A stretch of 64,000 bases of DNA from Steroidobacteraceae bacterium (GTDB lineage Bacteria; Chloroflexota; Limnocylindria; QHBO01), in assembly GCA_025935615.1 (NCBI GenBank), contig JAICUY010000001.1, forward strand, positions 688-64,687, given 5' to 3'. Both the position numbers and the translations under genes were made by a program. Of this stretch, positions 36,576 to 43,787 are shown in pieces. Under the pieces are notes generated by a model that was not told the DNA's origin, ran no database searches, and saw only the letters and a program-made list of their open reading frames with translations. Each line of letters opens with the position of its first letter. Position 1 is the stretch's first letter.

Positions 36576-37531
36576 GCGGTTGCCAGCCTGCGTTCCGGCT
36601 CATCGGCCGGCAGCCAACCGCTCAGGTCACGGTCGATCAGGGCCGCAAGGCGGCGGATCTCGGGTTCGAACTCCGCCATCAGCTGCTGGCGCAGCGCCGT
36701 CGGCATCGGCGGCCGGTCCACGGGACGGCTGTTGAAGGCGAGCAGCGCCGCACGTACTCGGTGCGCGAATGGCGAGCGGCGCAGCAGCGGAATGAGCTTG
36801 GCGACCGGCGCGGGCGGCCGGACCATCATTGCCTGCACCGTGCGGTTGAGCGGTTCCTTGCTCTCGTTCACGCGACGGAACTCGGGCCGGAACGTCTCGT
36901 CGACGCCCAGGAAGCGAAGGACGTCGGCGTACTCTGCCTCGACATCGGCAATGAAGTCGTCGAACAGAATGATCTTCACCCGTTCACGACCGAAGACGTC
37001 GAGGTAGCGCTCGACCTGCTCGGCGAAGTGGACGGCCTGGCGGTAGAGAAGCACTTCCGGCCGCCGACTCGGTCCCAGGCGACGCCCCTCGCGCCGGTCA
37101 GGCTCTGCCGCCAGCGCTTCTGCGAAGTCGTCGATCGTCTCGCCCCGATAGAAGAGCAGCTCTCGATGCAGTGAGTACATCACGTCGACCGGGTGGCGCA
37201 GCATGATGATGATCCGCGCACCGGGCGAGAATTCGCGAATCTCGGAGGCCGCCGTCTTCGAGAACAGGTACCAGGTCGTGGCCTCGCCTGTTCGCTGCCC
37301 CGGCCGGGCCTCGGCGAAGAGCGCGAGGTAGTCCCGCTCGGTGAGCCGCACGTGCAGCTGGGTCAGGTCCTGACCGAAGTACATCGGCTCCTTGTGGAGC
37401 GGCATGTAGACGTCGGGATGCGCGCGCAGGTACTCGTACATCGCGGTCGTACCGCAACGCGGCGCGCCCACGATGAAGAAGTCGGGCGTGGCGACAGGCA
37501 TGCTGAATCGGGTTCGGTCCTGCTGATCCAT
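36572..37531 (-). CDS. Sulfotransferase-family protein (PAPS-dependent type)
   Basis: 5'-PSB loop FFIVGAPRCGTTAMYEYL. 3'-PB-like region IIIMLRHPVDVMYS. The start may be the Met at 37531 (just after the kinase stop) or 37561. Confidence 0.72.
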   Translation of the reverse strand: MDQQDRTRFSMPVATPDFFIVGAPRCGTTAMYEYLRAHPDVYMPLHKEPMYFGQDLTQLHVRLTERDYLALFAEARPGQRTGEATTWYLFSKTAASEIREFSPGARIIIMLRHPVDVMYSLHRELLFYRGETIDDFAEALAAEPDRREGRRLGPSRRPEVLLYRQAVHFAEQVERYLDVFGRERVKIILFDDFIADVEAEYADVLRFLGVDETFRPEFRRVNESKEPLNRTVQAMMVRPPAPVAKLIPLLRRSPFAHRVRAALLAFNSRPVDRPPMPTALRQQLMAEFEPEIRRLAALIDRDLSGWLPADEPERRLATA

Positions 37532-37535
37532 GGTC

Positions 37536-38519
37536 TCAATCGAGCTGTGCGAGGAGGACACGCGAGCCGTGTGCCTCGTACTGCACCGACACGTCGCGGA
37601 GGGCGGGGAGTGCGGCCAATACTGATGCCTTCGCCTCCGGCTCGCAAAGGAAGAGGAGGAACCCGCCTCCGCCGGCGCCGCACAGCTTGCCGCCGACGAC
37701 GCCCGCCGCCCGCGCCTCGCCGTACCAGCCGTCGATCTGGTCGGTCGTCACCGTGCTGGCCAGCTCGCGCTTGAGCTGCCAGCCCTCGTCCAGCATGGCG
37801 CCGAACGCGCCGAAGTCAGGTGAAGGGCTGGCCATCAGTGCCTGGAGCTCATAGGCCTGCTGGCGCATCCGTTCGAGATCTGCACGGTGTTCCGGAGTTC
37901 GCGCGCGTTGCTCGAAGAGGACCGTGCTCGAGCGCCGCTGATGGCCGGTCCACAGCATCATCATCCGGTCGAACAGGTCGTCGACGATACCGATGCCGCC
38001 GCGGTACGGCTGGACGGTCACGTCCCCACCTGGGCGAAAGGCGAACAGGTTCAGTCCGCCGAAGGCGGCGGCGTACTGGTCCTGCTTGCCGATCGGCTGG
38101 CCGAGCAGCTCGATCTCGATGTGGCACGCCTCCTCGGCCAGCTGGCCGGCCGTCACGCGCTCGCCGCGGAAGGTGTGCAACGCGTTCAGCAGCCCCACCG
38201 CAAAGGCGCTCGACCCGCCCAGCCCGGAGGAGTCCGGCAGATCGCTCACGACGCTGACGTAGATCGGCGGCTCGACCTCGAGCAGTCGCAGGCACTCGCG
38301 CGCGATGTCGTTGCGAATCGCATCGACACTGGCGACCGACTCGCTCAACGAATAGTTGATCCGGACTTTCTCGTCGAAGACCGGCCCGTGGCGCTTGAGG
38401 GTCACGTAGACGTACTTGTCGATGGTCGTGCTGAAGACCGCACCGCCGTCCTGCTCATAGAAGGCCGGCAGATCGGTTCCCCCGCCGGCGAAGGAAAGAC
38501 GCAGCGGGGTCTGGGTCAT
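37536..38519 (-). CDS. hddA: GHMP-family sugar kinase, D-glycero-alpha-D-manno-heptose-7-phosphate kinase type
   Basis: TPLRLSFAGGGTDLPAFY, GHMP motif SGLGGSSAFAVGLLNAL, and GGKLCGAGGGGFLLF. Confidence 0.75.
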   Translation of the reverse strand: MTQTPLRLSFAGGGTDLPAFYEQDGGAVFSTTIDKYVYVTLKRHGPVFDEKVRINYSLSESVASVDAIRNDIARECLRLLEVEPPIYVSVVSDLPDSSGLGGSSAFAVGLLNALHTFRGERVTAGQLAEEACHIEIELLGQPIGKQDQYAAAFGGLNLFAFRPGGDVTVQPYRGGIGIVDDLFDRMMMLWTGHQRRSSTVLFEQRARTPEHRADLERMRQQAYELQALMASPSPDFGAFGAMLDEGWQLKRELASTVTTDQIDGWYGEARAAGVVGGKLCGAGGGGFLLFLCEPEAKASVLAALPALRDVSVQYEAHGSRVLLAQLD

Positions 38520-38562
38520 CACGATCCCCTGCGCCGGCAGTCCGCGCCCAGGGGTCCATCGG

Positions 38563-39012
38563 TTAGCCATGCCGCAGCGACCAGTCGTACGGGATCTCGG
38601 CGGTGAAGGGATCGAGCCGTTCCATCTCGCTCGGGTCGTGCGGCTCGCTGGCGCAGTTGGCCAGGATGACCTGCTTGTCGCCGAAGGCCTTGTAGCCGTT
38701 GGCGATCCCCGGCGGCATCTGGACCAGGACGTAATTGTCCTCGCCGAGATAGACCTCCTGGAGCTCGCCCCTGGTCGGCGAATCGGGCCGCAGGTCGTAC
38801 ATCACCAGCTTGGCGCGTCCCGAGATGACCGCGTTGTTGACCGTCATGGTGCGATGGATGTGCCAGGCCTTGACGGTCCCCGGCCATGCCGTCGAGAAGT
38901 AGATCTCGCCAAAGCCGACGAAGTGCGGATCGGTCGCCTTGAGCATGTGCATGATCTTTCCGCGCTCATCCACGATCTGCCGCAGCGGAACGATCTTGAC
39001 ACCGTCGATCAC
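38563..39012 (-). CDS. Small cupin sugar-nucleotide epimerase (RmlC-like, short form)
   Basis: 149 aa with DERGKIMHMLK, GEIYFSTAWPGTVKAWHIH and PPGIANGYKA. Confidence 0.65.
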   Translation of the reverse strand: MIDGVKIVPLRQIVDERGKIMHMLKATDPHFVGFGEIYFSTAWPGTVKAWHIHRTMTVNNAVISGRAKLVMYDLRPDSPTRGELQEVYLGEDNYVLVQMPPGIANGYKAFGDKQVILANCASEPHDPSEMERLDPFTAEIPYDWSLRHG

Positions 39013-40055
39013 TGCGCCATCTCGGCGACCTGCCAGCGCAACCGGTCATCGAGCGCTCCACTGTCGAGCAGGGCGCGCAGCCGCTTGAGCCGCGTATAGC
39101 GATCGCTGGTGAAGCCCGCATAGGTCAGATCGTGCTCGGTCAGGATGCCCGCCAGCTCCACGGCCCCCTGCTCCGGTGTGCGCTCAAACTGGAACTCGGG
39201 GAAGGTGGCCGCCCATTTGCCGAAGTTGGTCCGATACGTTCGCTGGTCGGCGTCCGGCTGCGCCAGGACCTCGAGGTCCGAGCCGGGAACGGCATGTTGC
39301 ACGGCCGCCGCCAGTTCCCGGACCTGCTTGTTGAGCGCTGCCGCGCCGACGTTGAAGGCCTGGGCGTGCACCATCTCGCGCGGCGCCTCGAGCGCAGCCA
39401 GGAAGGCGCGGGCAACATCGCCGATGTAGACCACCGGGCGCCACGGCCGGCCGTCGCCCAGGACGGTGATGCGTCCGGTCGTCAGCGCGCTGCCGACCAG
39501 GCTATTGAGCACCGTATCGAACCGCATCCGCGGTGAGAAACCGTAGATCGTCCCGTTGCGCAGCAGCACCGGCGAGAAATCGGGTGCCGCGAGCTCGAGC
39601 AGCGACTGTTCGGCGGCCACCTTCGACCGCGCGTAGTCGGTCTGCGGGTTCAGTGGCGAATGCTCGTCGACCTCGCCTCCTTCGGAGAGGCCGTACATGA
39701 TGCAGGACGAGGCGAACAGGAACCTTCCGACACCGGCCTCCCTTGCCGAACCTGCCAGACGCCGTGTTCCCTCGCGGTTGATCGAATCGGTCCAGTCCGG
39801 GTTCAGGTTGCCGATCGGGTCGTTGCTCAGGGCGGCGAGGTGGACGACCGCATCGAATCCCTCGAGATCATGGGCGCTGACGTCACGGATGTCGCGATCC
39901 ATGGTCCGGATGTCGGGCACCGGTGCGAGATCGCAGTCGCGATAGAAGTCGACATCCAAGCCGACCACATCGTGGCCGGCGGCAGCCATGACGGGCGCCA
40001 TGACCGATCCGACATAGCCACGATGGCCGGTGATGAGAACGCGCTGGGCAGTCAA
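39009..40055 (-). CDS. NAD-dependent sugar-nucleotide epimerase/dehydratase (extended SDR)
   Basis: VLITGHRGYVGS (GxxGxxG) and catalytic YARSK. Confidence 0.85.
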   Translation of the reverse strand: MTAQRVLITGHRGYVGSVMAPVMAAAGHDVVGLDVDFYRDCDLAPVPDIRTMDRDIRDVSAHDLEGFDAVVHLAALSNDPIGNLNPDWTDSINREGTRRLAGSAREAGVGRFLFASSCIMYGLSEGGEVDEHSPLNPQTDYARSKVAAEQSLLELAAPDFSPVLLRNGTIYGFSPRMRFDTVLNSLVGSALTTGRITVLGDGRPWRPVVYIGDVARAFLAALEAPREMVHAQAFNVGAAALNKQVRELAAAVQHAVPGSDLEVLAQPDADQRTYRTNFGKWAATFPEFQFERTPEQGAVELAGILTEHDLTYAGFTSDRYTRLKRLRALLDSGALDDRLRWQVAEMAQ

Positions 40056-41272
40056 GCGGAGATCCTTTCGAGTTTGCTGGTGGTCATGGCTCGAGCGTGG
40101 TCGAGCAGGCTGGTGCTCTCGTCCACCGATCGGTACCGGCAGCCGGCCGCATCGGCGGCCTGACCGTCGCGTTCATCGTCGCCGATGAACGTGGTGCGCG
40201 AGAGGTCGAGCTGGAGCTCGCGCTGCGCCTGGAACAGCATGCCGGGACGCGGCTTGCGGCACGCGCAGCCGTCGTCCCAGCCGTGCGGGCAGTAATAGAT
40301 GGCGTCGATGCGTCCCCCGGCCTCGGTCGCCTCCCAGACCATCCGGCCGTGGACCTCGCGCAGGTCGGCCTCGGTCATCGCGCCGCGCGCGATCCCAGCC
40401 TGGTTGGAGACGACCACCACCTGGTAGCCCGCATCGGCAAAAGTGGCGAGCGCTTCCAGGCTGCCATCGAGCCAAGCGAACTCGGCCGGGGTGCGGACGT
40501 ACTCGGCCCGCGGTGGGCGCCGGTTGAGCACGCCGTCGCGATCGAGGATGACGGTCGGCTGCCGGGCGAAGAACGTCTCGGTCAGCGGCAGCCGATGCAT
40601 TGACCCGACGCTGTAGTAGCGGTGCTCCGAAACGAAGGCGGCCAGCTGCCCCTGCTCCGCAAGCGCCGGGTAGAGCGCCTGTTCCACGAGCTCGTCGCCG
40701 TCAGGGGGTAACAGAGCGAGAGAGCTCTTGGGCAGCAGCGCGTAGCTGATCTCGACGCCCTTGAGGTCGGGCGCCGAACGGCTCCGGTCGAACGCCTCGA
40801 CCATACTGTCGGCCCCGACGCGCGTGTTGGAGCGCGAATAGCCGTCCGAGTTGGCGTAGACCGTCACCATCGCCGGCGCATCGACAGCCAGGTAGTGCGC
40901 CCAGTGCCTGTCCATGTCGAGCGGCCAGTAGTTGTCGCAGTAGAGCAGCATGAACAGCTCGTCGAGACGCGGCAGTGCCAGCAGCATCCGTTTGGCGGTG
41001 AGGTCGTCGGCGCCCGAAACGACATAGTCGATCGAAACGCCGAAGCGACGACCGTCTCCGAAATGCTCCTGAATCACATCGGGGAGGTAGCCGAGCAGCA
41101 TCAGGATGCGCTCGAACCCCTGCTCGGCGAGCAGCTCGACGACATGCTCGAGGAATGGCCGGCCGCCGAACTCGATCATCGGCTTCGGGCGATCATCGGT
41201 CAGCGGCCGCATGCGGGTACCGCGCCCGCCGGCCAGGATCACCGCCTGGCGCGGGCGCTCGGGACGCATCAT
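40052..41272 (-). CDS. Bifunctional sugar-1-phosphate nucleotidyltransferase (HddC-like) / D,D-heptose-1,7-bisphosphate phosphatase (GmhB-like HAD)
   Basis: N-terminal AVILAGGRGTRMRPLTDDRPKPMI. C-terminal HAD motifs VILDRDGVLN, VVVSNQAGIARG, CPHGWDDGCACRKPRPGM and FIGDDERD. Confidence 0.8.
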   Translation of the reverse strand: MMRPERPRQAVILAGGRGTRMRPLTDDRPKPMIEFGGRPFLEHVVELLAEQGFERILMLLGYLPDVIQEHFGDGRRFGVSIDYVVSGADDLTAKRMLLALPRLDELFMLLYCDNYWPLDMDRHWAHYLAVDAPAMVTVYANSDGYSRSNTRVGADSMVEAFDRSRSAPDLKGVEISYALLPKSSLALLPPDGDELVEQALYPALAEQGQLAAFVSEHRYYSVGSMHRLPLTETFFARQPTVILDRDGVLNRRPPRAEYVRTPAEFAWLDGSLEALATFADAGYQVVVVSNQAGIARGAMTEADLREVHGRMVWEATEAGGRIDAIYYCPHGWDDGCACRKPRPGMLFQAQRELQLDLSRTTFIGDDERDGQAADAAGCRYRSVDESTSLLDHARAMTTSKLERISA

Positions 41273-41287
41273 CCTGCTCGGCCCGGT

Positions 41288-42826
41288 CTAGGCCGGCACG
41301 GGCGCCCGATCGTTGATCAGGCAGGTCGTCACGATGTCGGCGACAGCGGCGTGGGCACTCTCGACCAGCCCGTACTCCCCGGGCTCGGTTGCCACCCAGA
41401 TTGCCTGATCCAGCAGCTCGAGCGCGGCCCCGCCGTCGAAACCGACGAGGCCCAGCGTGCGCACCTCTCGCTCGCGCGCCGCGTGCAGCAGGGCGACGAT
41501 GTTCGGCGAGTTCCCGCTGGCCGAGACGATGACAACCAGGTCGCCCGGACGTGCGAAGTTCTCGAGCTGCCCGGCGAAGATGCGCTCGACCCCCTCATCG
41601 TTGGCGAGGGCGGTCAGCCACGGCGTGTTGTCGCTGAGGTTCATGACCCGGAACGGCAGCCGTCCGGAGGTCCGGGTGGCCTTGCCGAGGTCATTGACCC
41701 AGTGCGCGGCAGTCGCCGAGCTGCCGCCGTTGCCGGCGAAGTAGATGGTCGCGCCGCGATCCCGCGCAGCGCGCAGCTCCTCGACGAAGCCGGCAATGGC
41801 CGCGCGGTCGACCGAGCCCATGAGGCCAGTCAGCCGCTCGATGTACGTATCGGTCACCGCGTCCCACGAAGAGGGCCTGTCGGTAATGGCGAAGGCCTGG
41901 TACGTCGACGTCGAGCGATCCTCGGCGATCAGTTTCACCTCGGCGAAATCGGCGGCGTCGAATGGCGAGTGGGCGGTGCCGTTGCCATTAGTGACGTGGC
42001 CATTGCCGTTGCCGTGCCCGTTCCCGTTGGTCGCATGGCCGTTGCCGTCGGCGTGCCCGTTCCCGTTCGTGATCGGCAGCATGGCCGCCATTTCGAGGGG
42101 GCGCCATTCCGGCGCCAGCGCCAGCAATCGATCCGCAGCCGTCGGACGCGTCGCCCGTCGTCGCTCACCCCAGATCGTGCGCAGGACTCGCCAGCCGTCG
42201 GGAACCGTTCGCAGGCGACCGATGCCCATGACTCGGCGATCCTCGAAGCTCGGCACCTCGACGACACGCAGACCGGCGCGGAGAGCACGAATGTTCATCA
42301 TCGTCTCGATCTCGAAGCCGTCGCCGTCGAGCTCGAGCAGCGGCAGCACGTCCCGCCAGAACGCGTTGTAGCCGTAGCACAGGTCGGTGTAGCGGCCGCC
42401 GTACATGCTCCGCACCAGCCGCACGAACGTGGCGTTGCCGAGGCGGCGGTGGAAGGGCATGTCGCTGGTGCCCGCGCCGTGCAGGAAGCGCGATCCCTTG
42501 GCGAAGTCGGCGCCGGCCAGCAGGGCATGGACGAAGACTGGGATCTCAGCCGGATCGGTCGAGCCGTCGGCGTCGAGCATGACCAGAATGTCGCCGGTCG
42601 CGGCCCCGAATCCTGAGCGCAACGCGGCGCCCTTGCCGCGGCCCTGCTGGGCCACGATGCGCACATCGGGGATCAGTTCGCGGGCGACCTCCACGGTTCG
42701 GTCAGTCGAGTTGCCATCGACGAGAAGCACCTCATCGACGATCCGCGGAATCCTTGGCAAAACGTGGGGGAGATTTCCCTCCTCGTTGAGTGCCGGAATG
42801 ATGACCGAGATAGTAGGTTTCGACAT
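41288..42826 (-). CDS. Fusion: GT2 (polyprenyl-phosphate glycosyltransferase-like), Asn/Gly/His repeat linker, and SIS domain (GmhA-like sedoheptulose-7-P isomerase)
   Basis: N-terminal ISVIIPALNEEGNL, LVDGNSTDRT and VMLDADGS. Linker NGNGHADGNGHATNGNGHGNGNGHVTNGNG. C-terminal IYFAGNGGSSATAAHWVNDL and VVIVSASGNSPNIV. The start MSKPT is preceded by GGGAGAAGGA. Confidence 0.75.
   Translation of the reverse strand: MSKPTISVIIPALNEEGNLPHVLPRIPRIVDEVLLVDGNSTDRTVEVARELIPDVRIVAQQGRGKGAALRSGFGAATGDILVMLDADGSTDPAEIPVFVHALLAGADFAKGSRFLHGAGTSDMPFHRRLGNATFVRLVRSMYGGRYTDLCYGYNAFWRDVLPLLELDGDGFEIETMMNIRALRAGLRVVEVPSFEDRRVMGIGRLRTVPDGWRVLRTIWGERRRATRPTAADRLLALAPEWRPLEMAAMLPITNGNGHADGNGHATNGNGHGNGNGHVTNGNGTAHSPFDAADFAEVKLIAEDRSTSTYQAFAITDRPSSWDAVTDTYIERLTGLMGSVDRAAIAGFVEELRAARDRGATIYFAGNGGSSATAAHWVNDLGKATRTSGRLPFRVMNLSDNTPWLTALANDEGVERIFAGQLENFARPGDLVVIVSASGNSPNIVALLHAAREREVRTLGLVGFDGGAALELLDQAIWVATEPGEYGLVESAHAAVADIVTTCLINDRAPVPA
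41969..42067 (-). repeat. In-frame imperfect tandem repeat encoding (N-G-N-G-H-x)n
   Basis: ccattgccgtt / cccgttcccgtt units are visible in the DNA. They encode NGNGHADGNGHATNGNGHGNGNGHVTNGNGTAH. Confidence 0.8.
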
Positions 42827-43256
42827 CCGGTCCTTCTCCCCCAACAGGTTGGCTGATGAGTGCGTGCCGCAGATTGCGAGCACCCGAAATCGGATGACGA
42901 AGACCGCATCCCCGGTCCCGCCATACGACGAGACCGATTTGGGGCACTCCCCCCAAGGGCCATCAGGGGAAGGCCATGCTAGGACCTACGTACTATGAAC
43001 GCAATAAACGCTTCTTAACCTAACCCCCCTTTTCGGCACTTTCGTTGCGTGCCCGCAACGGACCCTGCCCGCGCACATGACCGGGCGGACCTTCGGCCCA
43101 CCCTTGAGCCGGATGGGTGATTGCGGGGAATGCGGCGCAGGCGATACCGTCCGCCGCGCACGAGGATCTGGACGCTGCCTGCCTGGCCCTCAGCCGGCGA
43201 CCGTCGCGCACGAACGGCGCGCGACGCCGCTGCATCGCCCAGTGGAGGTTGGTAGC

Positions 43257-43712
43257 GTGCGACTCATCACTCGTTTCATCTCGCATTCGTTCCTGGCGGT
43301 CCTCGAAGGGCTTCTCATCGCCACCCTCGTCATCGGCCTCATCGCCGGCTCGGCGCTCGCCGCCAAGGGCGGTGGCCGCGACGGTCGGACGAACGGTTCG
43401 GGCACCGTGGCACTCGTCCTCCTGGACTCGACCGATGGCGTGGCCCACCGCGGCCAGCGCGTCACGTTCGAAGTTGCGACGACCGCGTCCGACCGCCCAT
43501 TCGTCGGGCTCCGCTGCTGGCAAGGCAGCGAGTGGGTCTACGACGGCTACGTGGGGTACTTCCCGGATTACCTGTGGGATCCCTGGTTCGTCCTCGACTC
43601 GAACTACTGGGCCGACGGAACCGATGCGTTCTGCACCGCCCGCCTCTTCTACTACGACAAGCGTGGCAACCAGAAGGTGCTGACCAGCACCGACTTCGCG
43701 GTCGCACCCTGA
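43257..43712 (+). CDS. Small secreted/membrane-anchored protein, unknown function
   Basis: GTG start 8 nt after GGAGG. N-terminal TM/signal segment FLAVLEGLLIATLVIGLIAGSALA. Trp/Tyr-rich domain. Confidence 0.5.
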   Translation: MRLITRFISHSFLAVLEGLLIATLVIGLIAGSALAAKGGGRDGRTNGSGTVALVLLDSTDGVAHRGQRVTFEVATTASDRPFVGLRCWQGSEWVYDGYVGYFPDYLWDPWFVLDSNYWADGTDAFCTARLFYYDKRGNQKVLTSTDFAVAP

Positions 43713-43730
43713 CCGAGCGGCGAGCGTAAC

Positions 43731-43763
43731 GAGAAGGCCCCGGCGATGCGCCGGGGCCTTCTC
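43731..43763. terminator. Bidirectional stem-loop between convergent genes
   Basis: gagaaggccccggcg-atg-cgccggggccttctc (15 bp perfect stem), followed by cgctttc. Confidence 0.55.
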
Positions 43764-43787
43764 CGCTTTCAGATGGTCCCACTCACG

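Noticed and set aside
36572-37561. The sulfotransferase as a fourth lasso tailoring enzyme.
   Set aside because: It lies 17 kb from the cluster and is translationally coupled to flippase and heptose-pathway genes, so the glycan context is more parsimonious.
41969-42067. Short tandem DNA repeats considered as a CRISPR-like or minisatellite array.
   Set aside because: The repeats are 12-18 nt, contiguous with no spacers, in frame, and encode the NGNGH linker. No CRISPR array or cas genes occur anywhere in the window.
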